From the NCBI RefSeq assembly GCF_964355755.1, contig NC_092670.1, positions 16,912,795-16,976,794 on the forward strand: a DNA stretch of 64,000 nucleotides. Direction: 5' to 3'. Each line of letters opens with the position of its first letter. The stretch's first letter is position 1. Of the stretch, positions 35,801 to 48,779 are shown in pieces. Origin of the DNA: Antedon mediterranea. Lineage: Eukaryota; Animalia; Echinodermata. A program made the position numbers and the translations under genes. The notes under the pieces are model-generated. The model searched no databases. It worked only from the letters and a program-made list of their open reading frames with translations, and was not told the DNA's origin.

Positions 35801-38800
35801 CTTTGGGATACACCTATTCAGAGGACACCCCCATTTGAAAGGTGCCGTTAGGTGGCAGCACTCGACACAAAGAGACCCCTAGGAGAGAAAAAAGTCATCC
35901 ACACCTGTGCGAAAGTCGCAGGTTATCCCCCTTTTCCCAAGGTGCAATATAATTATGTTACTACAACACCTATTCAGGAGAACCCCCCTAAAAAAGGAAC
36001 ATTTTCGAAGGTGTACTTTTAATAGACGTTCTACTGTACCCATGTCTAGGCATCCTTGCACTAAGCTAAGTATAATAGTTGTAATGCAAATTAATTTGTA
36101 AGAATGTACAGTATTATTTAGTATCATGTGGTTCAAAAGAAAAGCTCTAAGTACGTACTGGAACAGAGTAAGTATCATCAATCTGGAATTCTGCAGGATC
36201 ATTTTCATCACATTTCATTCTTGTTGTCAGAAGATTCAAAAACATCTTGAGATAATCCAGATTCTCACCAGTTACGTTTGATACTTGGAAGATTGGACAT
36301 ACTCTGTAGTAAAGAAACAAAAAACAATACATTAATTATTACCAAATTGAACGGACTGGGTAGGGTGCCACTCTCCCAATACCGGACTCTCAGAAAATCA
36401 GAAACTCTACCAAAACCAGCCCTTTTAAAAAATGTCATATGCATGCAACGAGTAACTCGCCAATTACAGGATGGATAATCTATTTTATAAGTCTAAATGT
36501 CCCAAATTCCTTTTTACCTTTAAAACACATTAAAAAAACCAAACATAATAGGCGAGCCTAAAGGTGTCCGGCATTGGAATAGTTGACTGCACAACACATA
36601 TCAAACATACTGTACCTCTCTGAGCTGAAGTTTGTTGCAGATGTGACAACATCGTCTTGGCTGTTTACCAACACCGGTATTTTTCTACAACCAGGAGACT
36701 TAAGAATTCTCAGCAGTAACTTTAAAGTATCCTGTAGAACGTTAGGAGGACACATATCGATCTTGGTCACCACAACAAAAATTGGCACGTTTAATGCCAA
36801 TGCTAGCCCAAGGTGTTCTTTGGTCATTCCTATGATACCAGCATTACTTCCAATCTGAAATAAAAATTAATTATTATTCATCTGATTCGGAAGACAATAT
36901 AGGTTTTATCACTGTTATCCCTTTCACATCGCCTTACAAGACTTATGAGTTTACACACACCCGGGGAACACACCAATAAAAACGCCAGTGTTGACACCCC
37001 GGTTTTTTTTCATCTTCAGTAGTTCCCATAATCATCATGTTGATTATCACAGAACTAGTCACTGTGGTGGCAGTATTCACAGCTGGTTTTGGGTTTAGTT
37101 TTGATTGTTTGGATTTTATTTCCTATATTATTTAATTTTTTATAATTTTTATTTCTATTATTTTGCTTTTATACTCTTTATTTACTTTTACGAGGCAAAT
37201 GTGACTAAGCCCCATTATGGGGATGATCTATTGGTTCTCAAATGTGACTAAGCCCCATTATGGAGATGATCTATTGGTTCTCAAATGTGACTAAGCTCCT
37301 TTAACAGTGTGTTCTACTAATGCACATAGTTAAAATATTCACTTACCATGAGCATACCAAAGTCAGGGACATGGCCTGTCATCCCAAAAACTGTAGTTTT
37401 TAAGTATTTCTCATGTCCAGCTAAATCAATAAATGTTATAACCTTGGATGACTCTTCACAGATTCGAACCCAGTCCAAATTACCTCCTGAAAAACCATTA
37501 TGGAATTTAAATATGTAAAGAGAACCAGGTTTAACAAAAATTAAATTAGACAATTAAAATATTGATAGATGGCGCATGTCCAATTATACATTCAACGGTG
37601 ATCATTTTTAAGGAATAATATATTAATATAGTACAATGAGACATGCAACCTTTTTACAATTGTACAGCTGTGTAATGAAATGTAAATGAAACAATGGTAC
37701 AATAACGTGCATTAATATTATGCAAGTAAGTGTAATTCTACTGAATTGCGCAAACAATCAATTCAAATTTAATTATTTGAATTCAAGGTGGCTTGGAAAA
37801 ACAATAGTCCACATACAAATTAAACAGTTATCAATCAATCAAGTGGTACCAGTAAAAAAAAAGGAATTTGTATCTATACCATCACTGTTGGCAGACCACA
37901 TTCTCTTTGTTCAATCCTAGTATAATAATTTGCCTATTTCTTTTTTTATATCATTTATTCACAATTTTATACATATGATTTATTACAATTCTCAAAAAGA
38001 AAATGTTTTATGTATTAATTTAATTTTAAAAATCGCATCACAGTAGCGCGTAGAACGATGGCTTAGCGCATTGTGTATCGGTCGCGCACTAGCTATGCCG
38101 CCGAAGCATTACAAAGGTTTTTGTGGATTGACATGTTTGTTTGTTATCTGCATAAAAAGTAATGGCGTCTTTAATTTTATTATTGTATGTATACCCTAAT
38201 TGTTTTGGTGTTTTACTGAAAGTGACCGAGTTTCACGCAACAAACTTGTTTTGAAATTGTATGGTTATTATCATCAGTTTACTATCTCCTAGGCTAGTAG
38301 TAGTACTAGGCTAGCCTAGGCCTAGTCGTAAAACGGTTCCGGACCAACTTTAGGCCTGGTTAACCAGGCCTGGTGTCTTTACTATGTGGATTTTGGCGAA
38401 ACATTGATGTAAGATTTATGATTTATAAAATGTAATACATTTTTCGATAGTGATAACTTGTTTTTATAGGCCTATCGGTGCCGTGTAGGTAACTTTTTCG
38501 TTGTTTGTTGATCTCACCGGGCGATATTTTCATATTGTGATGTCTTGCACAAAATCGCGAATATCTCAACTTTCTTGCGCGAAACTACGAAAAACTCAAA
38601 AAGTGGGTTACTTTCATTTTACTATTACGATTTACATATTGCGATTTAAAAATCGTTCTTGGTACCATTGTAAAGCTAAAATCTTTATGATTATTTTAGT
38701 TTAAATTACATATAAATCAGATCACATACATGGTTTCAATCAGCTTTAATAAAAACATTGAATTGGGCTAAAAACGCTGGCGGTGGCAGTTTCTAACTGG

Positions 38801-41800
38801 AAAAACCTCTGTGGCAGTCAAAGTGTTAAGACAGAACAAAGTGTCCCATTAATGGGGGTGTTCCATGAATAGGGGTTTGCCATAGTGTTAAACATATATT
38901 TTCCCTCATTCATTTTATATAAAGATGTCTCCGTAATAAGAGTGTTCTATGAATAGTGGTTTGCCATAGTGTTAAACTTTTATTTTCCCTCATTCATGTT
39001 ACATAAAAGTGTCCCCTTAATAGGGGTGTGAATGAATAGGAGTTTTCGCAGTGTTAAACATATATTTCCACTCATTTATTTTACATAAAGTTTCCCCTTA
39101 ATATGGGTTTAGTTCTACTGTAGTTACCGTGAGAATCAGGCTTATTGACAACTTTCCCTTGACTATTAAAACCAAGTATATCGTTTCCAACACTGCTGGT
39201 TCTTCCTGATTCCATCTCATGTTTATGACGGAACAGCCTCTGTCGTGCCAATCCTCTGCCGTTATCCAGTTCACCGTGGGTGAGTACACCTAGGAGAGTG
39301 CTTTTTCCAGCATCTACATTGCCCACGACTGCCACTCTGAATAATATAAAAAAATTATTTTCATATTCAAAGTAAATCGGCAATTTAAAAATGGCAAAAT
39401 CAGCACTGTGGCCATGTTACAAGAGTTGTCAAAACAATATAAATTATCTGATAAAACTCCTAGAAAGTAGGAAGCCTTTTGCCATTTTTCTCCTGAGTAG
39501 GGCAAAACATCTGACCAGAACTCCCTGATCTGACCAATTATATCATGCTTATATTTGAAGAGTAGGGAATTGAGTAGAAACAGTAGCTCAGAATTGAACT
39601 ATGAACTTTGTAATGGAAGGCAAGCATGTTAACCATGAAGTAATATTGATATTATATTATTATATTGCTGATAAGCGCCACCCTGAATTAAGAACAAAAA
39701 CATTATAACAGTTAACTGTATGACACTATTGCACTTTTTAAGCCACAAAATAAAGTGCAGTAGTTCTCAATTACATTCTAAAATGATTCCATTTTTATGA
39801 GAAATTTGTTCTTACCGGACTTCTAAGAAATCTTCTTCTTCTGCTCTACCTCTGATGAGAAGTTCTTGCACGATTTTGTTGTTTACTTGGCGTTCTCTTA
39901 ACACCACAACATCAGCGTTTAGGGTATCTGCCATGCCTTTTATTGTTTCTAGAGATTTTGTCATTTCCTCTTCTGACAAACCATCTTCTGTTCCATCACC
40001 TTTTGAAATAATTTTACAACAAATTTTTATTAATGACACTTTTGTTTTCAATACTAAAGCTCTGTCTACACTATCACATTTATGCAACAACAAAAAATGT
40101 GATGTGCCCATATATGACATGATAATATCATACCACTACCATATTTGGGCATATCACTACTATATTTGGGCAGATCACACTTTTTTGTCAAACTAGTTTG
40201 ATACTGTAGTGTAGACAGAGCTCAGCTTTAGTTATTGTTTAGATTTGATAAATAATGATTTTTACCTCCTTGTCCCACTTCATATATAGCCTCACTGTGG
40301 CCATCTTTCAGTCGATGTTCTAACTGTTTTAGTAAGTGCTCATACATTTCTTCATTTGGATTGACAAACCGTGTCTATAAAACACAATTTACATTATTCA
40401 TTAATATTATAATAATGTATTCATTTATATAGCGCATATAGCTCACATAATATTTTTCTCTTTTTGTTTTGTATGATTTGTATATGATGTACTATCAGAA
40501 ATAAATGAATATGTCCAAATCAAAATTTCATATAATTACCCCGATTTATTATGTATGGAAAACTGGGTGGAGAGAACCAAATGTAAATAAAGCAATGTAA
40601 TGCATCTCATCTCACTTCATTTGAGTGGTGAAACAAAATCATCAACTGTGTTCAAGACTATGTTTTAGTACCATACATGCATTTGAAGTTGAAGAGTAAG
40701 ACTTATGGATTTACATAAACTGTAGTACAATAAGTTTTATTTAAAGTTATGGTAACAATGGCTGATGAAAGCTTTTTTGCCATTGGAAATGTCAATACAA
40801 TGACAACAATGAATGTATATCTGGACATAATGAATGAATCCTAACAATACAGAACAGTAACAATCATCTCACACTGAGCAGAGTAACTAAAGCTAGCCAT
40901 GTAATACAGTACAGTATATATTATTCAATTTTTCAAAACCGTATCATCGAGTAGAGAAACTCTGTTGGCCTTATAAACTGTATATAAATCATGCATATAA
41001 AATTTACAAGAAACAATATAAAAATGTATTATTACTTTAAAGATGTATTGTCCCTTGAAACACAAAAAAATGAAGTTCAAAATATTCTAAATTTAAATTG
41101 GCCATATCAAAGTAATATTAAAGTTATTCACTTTAAGTCAAAAATTCAAGCCAAAAACAACAATTTTACGTAACAGCTAAATTAATTTGATTACATATCG
41201 TCTGGATAATCGTCCCGAGCGAAAGTAAACAAAGATTTCAAACCATGAGTATACACTATGCATGATACTAATTAGGATTGTTTACAAACAACTCGTCACG
41301 GATGAGAAGGTGTTTTCACAAAGATCACGAGGAAGTTTTATGATTATGCATACAGAGTAGCCAAATAAGCGCGTTGCATTATGAGATATGTTTTGATAGA
41401 AAATTAATAACTATTATGATACTTCAAAATGACCCACTTTTTTTCAAAATCTTTTTTTTTTTTTTTTGGAATTTGACAAAGGGACAATACATCTTTAAGA
41501 TAGGACGAGTGTACATACTGCATGGAATAATTAAAATTTGTTTAAAATTAATTAGAAGTGTTACTTTGAAATTATGAGAATTATATAGTGCAGTGGAACA
41601 ACCAATGATCAAGGTTTACTCATAGAAATTAATAGAGATATTTGAATAATTATCTCTATGGTTTACTATAGAATATTCTATGGTTGACATCTAATCCATA
41701 TTATTCTATGGTTGACATCTAATCCATATTATATAACACCTATATAAATTCCTGTCATTTGCTTGGACGAATGTGGGTCACATGGCGTGCAATAGTACGC

Positions 41801-42551
41801 ACTATTCAACGATCGTTAAATAGTACTTTTTGAAACATTTTTGTGTACGAAAAAAAACGTCTAGATGTTATATAAAACAAATAATGAATGTTTTGTATTC
41901 GTGTAATGGTACAAATAATGGCACTTGGTGAATGATGAAAGGTTATATCAACTCGGCTTTGCCTCGTTGATATAACCTTTCATCATTCACCTCGTGCCAT
42001 TATTTGTACCATTGCACTCATAAACATTCATTATTTGTATATTATTCTATGGTTGACATCTAATCCATATTATTCTATGGTTGACATCTAATCCATAGTA
42101 TTGCACAACACTTCATCATCATTACTTTAAAGTTTGCGATGATTCAACTAAAAGAAATCATTTCCTGTCGATTCCAATGATGTGAAAAATGACATACAGA
42201 CAAAGAAGAATTAAACAATTAAAGTGTTATGTAATATAATCTACAGTATTGATTATTTGTAAACAACTTTTTATATGAGGACAATTACAAGTCAGAATAT
42301 ATTAATATTACACTGACACTATCTTTAATCTTGCATACACCACAACTTAAACAGTTTCTTATTATAAAAGTAATGAAAAATCATACCTTACAACAATTCT
42401 TTGCCAATATGTGGTCTTTCCCGAATAAATCGACATCATCAGGAGCAAAAAGACTTGCCGCCTTTTCTGGCATATCAGGAGTCGTTGGCGATTGCAAGTT
42501 TTCTGAACTCAAAGAGTCTGGCATAAAGTTAGTGACAATAGCTGCACACAT
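32817..42551 (-). CDS. GTPBP1: GTP-binding protein 1 (eEF1A/eRF3-related translational GTPase), 11 exons, about 663 aa
   Basis: Exons: 42387-42551, 40266-40374, 39816-39999, 39128-39336 (G1 GNVDAGKS; [13 protein letters not shown]), 37347-37486 (G3 DLAGHEKY), 36616-36854 (G4 TKID), 36159-36303 (VSNVTG), 34497-34679, 33791-33929, 33274-33415, 32817-33153 ([10 protein letters not shown], basic RG-rich tail). Sum 1992 nt, in frame. Confidence 0.95.
34044..34332. repeat. 48-bp minisatellite, 6 near-identical units, in a GTPBP1 intron
   Basis: Unit aaaatgacaatgctgtgggtatcagtggctggatctcaat(g/a)gagatac. Confidence 0.95.
34683..35766. repeat. 43-bp minisatellite (about 24 units, with 37-bp variants), interrupted at 35221-35286
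   Basis: Unit aaattaatatatgacaatattatggtgtatatactctgtacac; starts immediately beside the GTPBP1 acceptor at 34680. Confidence 0.95.
35787..36036. mobile_element. Family-C MITE (TA-flanked) carrying an internal foreign segment at about 35838-35945
   Basis: TA-CAGTAGAAC...GTTCTACTG-TA; the internal segment is homologous to the reverse complement of about 62135-62245. Confidence 0.7.
37197..37298. repeat. 43-bp tandem repeat, about 2.4 copies
   Basis: aaatgtgactaagccccattatgg(g/a)gatgatctattggttctc. Confidence 0.85.
38030..38829. mobile_element. piggyBac-like non-autonomous element, one terminus preserved
   Basis: Ends ...gtggcagtcaaagtg-TTAA with a subterminal gtggcagt repeat; CpG-rich interior; left end not identified. 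Confidence 0.45.
38840..39122. mobile_element. Degenerate family-C MITE abutting a GTPBP1 splice donor
   Basis: gtgtccccttaatagggg units with a higher-order period of about 83 bp; terminus gttctactgTA at 39112-39122. Confidence 0.65.
40058..40222. mobile_element. Family-B MITE in GTPBP1 intron 2
   Basis: agctctgtctacactatca...gtgtagacagagct. Confidence 0.75.
41041..41494. mobile_element. Kolobok-like non-autonomous DNA transposon
   Basis: TTAA flanks (41037-40, 41495-98); perfect TIR AGATGTATTGTCCCTT / AAGGGACAATACATCT. Confidence 0.8.
41731..42042. mobile_element. Element with a long terminal palindrome (Crypton-like non-autonomous), inserted in a 28-bp minisatellite
   Basis: Arms of about 75 bp (41876-42038) around tcggctttgcctcg; two units of tattctatggttgacatctaatccatat on each side. 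Confidence 0.6.
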
Positions 42552-43411
42552 TTTGAGTTTTCAATCAGATAATCAGTACAAAATTTGACTAGGCCTATTA
42601 TTTTTTTAAATTATTTAAAACAATCCGTTTGTAATTTTATAACGTCCTACATTTGAAGCAAAATATTGTAAAATATATTGTCCTGCACAGCGATAGTTGA
42701 CGACGTACACCCATAGACTTCTTCTATGCTAAAGTTGGCTTCCTATCCTGTTATCAAATTAATTGAAAACAAGATTAATTACTCAATTTTCAAATTGTAG
42801 ATTTTATTAATACTTTACTTATTAATTAAATTATATTTTATATAGGACTAGGCCTAGGGTAATAATAATAATAATATATTATTATATTATATTATAGACT
42901 TTTTCTAGTCATCTAGTAGAGGCTACACACTATATTTATCAAAATAAAAAAATTAAATAGAATAATCAATAACATACTTTACTTGTACTATTTTTTGTAC
43001 AGAGATATATTGGCCTACAGAATGATTAATAAAGTCTAGGCTAGGCCTAGTTATGTTACCTTCTTGCTGTTTCTCGATGTCCACGTATACGGCGGGTCAA
43101 GTTTAACCAATACGGCGACGTGCTCTCACCCGATTTCAAGCTTAGGCAGCTGTTAATATTAAGAGTAATCTATTCTTAGTCCCTTCGACGAAATTTATTT
43201 ATAAACAACGTGAAAATAGTTTGACACTTCTTTTATACTACACGATGATGCAACCAAGTGAAAATTGCAGGAATTCTCAAAGAAAGTAAACAAATTATTG
43301 ATTCCCAGGTCTTGCTAATTTGTCATGTTTTTGCATGTTGCAGGCCGATGTCATCATTTTGATAATGAAGAAGAACGCCCTCAATATTTACCTTGGATTT
43401 TCAGTGTAGTA

Positions 43412-43847
43412 CCGTAAAACCTCGAAAAGAAGCCCATGGGCTTAAATCTCAAAAAGAAGCCCATCTCGAAAAGAAGCCCCCCTCTACAGTTTGCAAAAGT
43501 ACTCTCAAAAAGAAGCCCATCTCGTCGTCTCATTTCGAGACAGACTACTCATACTGTATTGAGATGATGACGAAATTATTGTATTTGACGGTGAATCATA
43601 GGACTGTTTTTTTGCTTTTTATATGGTTTTTTAATTGGTATATACATAATTTCATGGTTGAAAAAATGTCTCAAAAGTAACATTATTGTAGTAGAAATTC
43701 AAAAAATTTACAGCATTCATTTCGAAAAGAAGCCCTCCTCTACAGTTTGCAAAAGTACTCTCGAAAAGAAGCCCATCTCGAAAAGAAGCCTATCCAAGAG
43801 CACTAAAAAAAGAAGAAGCCCATGGGCTTCTTTTCGAGGTTTTACGG
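43412..43847. mobile_element. Tc1/pogo(Tigger)-like MITE
   Basis: TA flanks; perfect TIR of about 31 bp CCGTAAAACCTCGAAAAGAAGCCCATGGGCT; internal cgaaaagaagccc repeats. Confidence 0.85.
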
Positions 43848-46739
43848 TATACTGTTAGGGACGGGGGAGGTGGTACATCAATCAGAGCACCGTATTATTA
43901 TATGTATTGGGAATCGATATAGATCTGATATTTAGGGGACATTGTAGAAAAAAAAAGGTCAGACCAGACTAGTGACAGTTATTGAATTAAGCCTAATTAT
44001 TTCAAATAGAAGATTGGCCTATATTAATATCATTAGAATTAAAAGAGGGAGAGTGGGTAGGCCGACCGATTACCCCTCTAAATTTCGGAATACAATAATC
44101 AAAGATCATTATAAGTTATCATTAAGTTCAGTAACTAATTTCATATTGTTAGAGACTCCACCACAGATATCCCAACACACCTGCGAATCCCCACTTGTCA
44201 CCCTGAAATAAAGCACTAATACTAATACTAGACTTTGTACTAAGACTTTGAATACAGAAATTATCTATCCAAACAATTCAACGAGGGAATATAACAATGA
44301 TAAAGTGTTATCATCCACCTCTCTGCAAAATAATTTCATTATGATATATCGATGTTTCCGCTTGGTCGTCAAAAACAGTTTCCTACTGTTTGATCCCTCG
44401 TTCAAATATAGCACAACCACAGAATACAAAATAATGCCTGTATCCGTTCTCCAACACTATTTTAACTATTCAAATGTTTATTCCGAACTACCAATTGGCG
44501 ACCGATACCTACCAGTCCGGGGGGTTGTTTTTTATCTACTCGTCGTTGGATTAAAGAAAATTTAGATTCCTTGTTTTTGAGTCACGCTTCGTTGATCGCT
44601 ATTGAGTTCATTATACATCGTTCATTTTCCGTTTTCATCATGGAAAAGATTCAGCACTTTTAAAATTCGTTATTGCGATTTAAAAAATGTGGATTTATAT
44701 ATTCTTTTTGTTGAAAAATTTTGAAGGATGCTAGATACATACCCGGATGAAATGAAGATTCATAAAAGGATATTATGCCAACTTAAATTAGTTTGCTACC
44801 ACATGATGGTGGAATCACCATGGTTATCTGTGAAGGACGCTTACTACTGATGTTGGTTTATAAATTTATCTTCACGATTATCATTATCATCAAGAAGAAG
44901 ATAACATGTTGGTGAATCTTGTCTATTTCAATAAATATGTGGAATTATTTATTTCCGATAAATTTGGGCATTTTGTTTGGATTAGGCTTACATGTCATGT
45001 CATAGCGTGCTCTACACCTGTCGGCTTGCCTGACAGCCATACTTTGATTGATGACGTCAAAATGTCAATCATCACATCGCTAATTAAGGAGATATTTAAT
45101 TGGAAATTGGAAAGTATACATGACGAGATCATACCAATGTTCCTTTGGAATAATGCTATATTGATTAAAAGGTATGTGACGTATCATCAATAATTTTTGT
45201 ATTTGTTGAGTCATAAATACACGTGTAGGCTAGATAGAGTAGATAAATGTATTTAGTATTTACTTGACAAGTATATTAAATATAAAATGCATGCAATAAC
45301 ATATAACACAAGCACCACTATATTACAATTTTAGATGATAACCTGATCTATATTTACTTTTTCACTTTTTAAGTAAAAGTGCTACGGTACCGTACCTGTT
45401 ATATTAGTAGTGTGATACAGTATTAATAATTATTATTATTTTTAGAATAAAAAAATATCAATTCGAGATAATAAACCTATTTAAAGAAAAATAAACATAA
45501 ATGAATATAATGCTGGGAAAGATAACAAATTGGCATTTAAAAATAAAAAATGTTATCAGCTTAAAAAAGGATACAGCAATGCGTGTGTTAAAGTATGCTT
45601 TATCAATGGTCTATTATTCTTCGAGGGGGCCTAACTGCGTTCCTAAGCGTCTACGAAGCATACTTATAATCGCATCACCACAAGGATGTCCCGTAACAAA
45701 ATCTATTAATAGAATCAACCGCATGCTGCTCCGGTCATTTCCGAACGACGATTCGGGTACACTTTGAATATTTAAAAGTTCGTATACCCTAACCCTTTAT
45801 ATTATGGTAATTGCATGCCAGGTAATATCATATTAGAATGATAATATATTGAAGAGAGAATTGCACATTGTTAAAATGAGGCAAAAATCTAACAATCGAC
45901 TTATTTTGTTCCAAAAACCAGGAACACTGCAGAAACGCAATAGTCTATACATTTTACGAAGAGCTTTTAATTCGGTATTTTAACTATTTTTGCAATAGTG
46001 TGTACGGTTTTAAATGTATTTTTAATATTACAGTGTTAAAAATGAATGTATTTTAATCATATCAGGAGGAAGATAAATTGTCGAAAACGATCGTCTTTAC
46101 ATTTTCGACGAATAAGGTGCCTATAATAACACTAGTTCGGGTTTTTTAAAAAACAAATTTGCGGAAAACGCGTTCCAATGTAGGATTTATAATACTTTAT
46201 AAATCATCTATTCATTAATTTATTTATATTTGATCTTAACATTATTACGTCGTAGTTGTTAATTGAGAATTACATATTTATACCCTTTCTCGTTCGTGCA
46301 TAATTCTTCCAGCTGTGTGTTTCCATGCCAACGTTGTTGTACGTTACAGTCTCCATTAGCGGGATTTTTGTCGTCCTGGGGGTAATTTGTGTGCCAATAA
46401 AATGCTGTTTTGTGAGATATTATGACAGGTTGTCGTCACGTTCTATGAAATATCGTTGTTAACAAGCAGCGTCAAGCGATTTGAATTGAATGTCCGATAT
46501 CCGATTCCCTGAACGGATTTCTCTGAACAGATTCCAAAAATGTCAAATGATTTGATATTAATAAACACGATTGATAATCACGGCTATTTATGCTTAACGT
46601 ATTTATTAGACATACGAGTACCTGCGGGAGGGTGGAGGGTGGGGGGGAGAAGATTAGGACGTCACAACACCAGTACGTGATCACGTGTTTGGTATATTAT
46701 GCAATATGCGTATACATCATAATAGAGTGTAAATTTATT

Positions 46740-47430
46740 TTCAATTCAATCAATTCATCGACATTTTTATTCCATAATCAAAATAAAAACATATACAAAT
46801 ACAATACAAATAATAAGATAATGGAATGGGATACAAAATAAGCACAAGTGCTTTAAGCATGTAACCCTAACAAAAAGATCAAACAATTAGTACAAACAAA
46901 AAGAACAAACCAAAATAACATAATGTGATTTACTTAACTTAAATATTTCTATTGTTATAATATTGCTTTAATCTCTGTTTAAACAAACTTAAAGTGGGGG
47001 ATTGTTTTATATAGTCTGTTAAATTGTTCCAAATATGTGTTCCTTGGTAGGAAATACATTGCTGTCCGACTTTGGTGCGTTTTAGTTGTGGACAGTAGTT
47101 TGACCTGTTTCTAGTTGAGTAATTATGGAATGAGGCAGATGTACTAAATAAGTTATTAAATGATTCAGGTAATAGATTATGTTTATATTGATACATAAAT
47201 ATAGCAGTGTGTTTCGTATAAAGGTCAAAAATATTTAATGTTTGGGTTGAAATAAAAAGTGGATGAGAAGGATGCATAAAATGAACATGACAAATATTTC
47301 TAAGTGCTTTTTTCTGGAGAATATGTATACGGTTTAAGTTTGTAGCAGAAGTAGCACCCCATACTGTGATAGCATACGTTATTCTAGGTAATATAAGTGC
47401 ATTGTATACCGTTAACAAGATTTTGTTTAA
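46740..47430 (-). mobile_element. 5'-truncated LINE (CR1/L2 group): ORF2 C-terminus plus 3' UTR
   Basis: ORF 46939-47418 (YNALILPRITYAITVWG...LQKKALR...YQGTHIWNNL...FKQRLK) is typical of the post-RT region; 3' UTR with AATAAA and an (ATTGA)-like tail. Confidence 0.85.
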
Positions 47431-47457
47431 TATACTCGGGCTCGGGTAATTATCATT

Positions 47458-47525
47458 AATTCATTCATTCATTCATTCATTCGTTCGTTCGTTCGTTCGT
47501 TCGTGCGTTCGTTCATTCGTTCATT
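47458..47525. repeat. (ATTC)n(GTTC)n microsatellite
   Basis: Direct inspection. Confidence 0.85.
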
Positions 47526-48779
47526 TCTCTTTATTTCGGCTTACTTCATCCATAGTAGGCCTATAGACCCAATGGGTGCGGCGTTTTAACGGTTGGTTGA
47601 TTGATTGAATACATCTGTAAAATCGTAGGAACCAATTATGTTTTGAACTTGTAGTAAATTATTACATGAACATTTAATATGAGAAGACGTGGTGATGTAA
47701 AGGTTTACCTTTTTAGAAACATTTAAACATGGTTTGATTGTGTTTTAGGCATCAGTGTATGAGAGGGCGTATTTGTGTATGATTTTGTAGCGCCGTTGCG
47801 TTCCGTTGGTGGCCAACGCGATGTCTTTTTGGAAGTAAAGTTACTTTATACCATCCAAATAACTTTCTAATAATAACACAAGAATTAGAGAGGCGTACAT
47901 TATTCGAATAAGACACGTGCCGGCTCAGTAAATTATTGGTAGTTTAATTTGCTCTTTAAAACAATTCTCGTTATTAAACTTCACAATAGTAAGCCTATAT
48001 GAAGCCTTGGTATAATTAAGTTTTCATAATTGTTTTAATTGTTATGAAATGGGTAATAATTTATGTATTTTTCTTGTATATGGTTTTATCTTAACTGTTT
48101 GTATTGTATGGAGTGAGTGCAGAATCTGTTTGGGCGTTAGCCTATTCTCATTCCTGGTTATTTTTACATTGATGACCGAATAAATATTATTATTATTATT
48201 ATTTTAACCGTATGTTTAGTTGTTCTTACAGGTGCCATTATTCTTTGTTATTAAACCCTAAAAACCTTATGCGAAACATTCAGATATAATATTATCATAA
48301 TGTAAAAGTATATTGCAAGATTTGAAATTTAAAACGATATCCAATTTAGCTTTAATTAAGTTTAACGTTAACAATTGTATTTTTTAATTGTATTTCACAT
48401 TTCAAATTCTTGCTGCAATTTGCTTTCGACAAGTTAAAAAAACGCAATACCACCCTCTATAAATACAGTAACGTTATTAGCTATAGGTGGCGCTATTAAA
48501 CATATTGTTTTTGTCAGGAGGAGGTGTCAGCAGGGTTTGGAAACTTGCATTTATACAGTCACTTTTTATTGTTTATTTAATTGTTCTAACATTTTTTTTT
48601 TTGATTAGATATATACTAATATTATTGTTTTGTAGCAATAATTTTTTTGTCTCTAATAAATCGTTCTGTTCCCATATGCCCATCATACTCCCATCTTATA
48701 TTAAAACAAAAGTTGATGATAAATTTGTCAGAATCTGAAATGTGTGACTTATGTCGCCCTCTATATATCACCAAAGTTT

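Noticed and set aside
11777-42551. GTPBP1, 7SL and TMC genes as a functional operon-like system
   Set aside because: They are co-oriented neighbours with separate promoters; nothing in the sequence supports co-regulation without cross-species synteny.
44100-44205. Possible minus-strand terminal exon after tttcag (VTSGDSQVCWDICGG... or GDKWGFAGVLGYLWWSL)
   Set aside because: No recognisable homology and no partner exon found.
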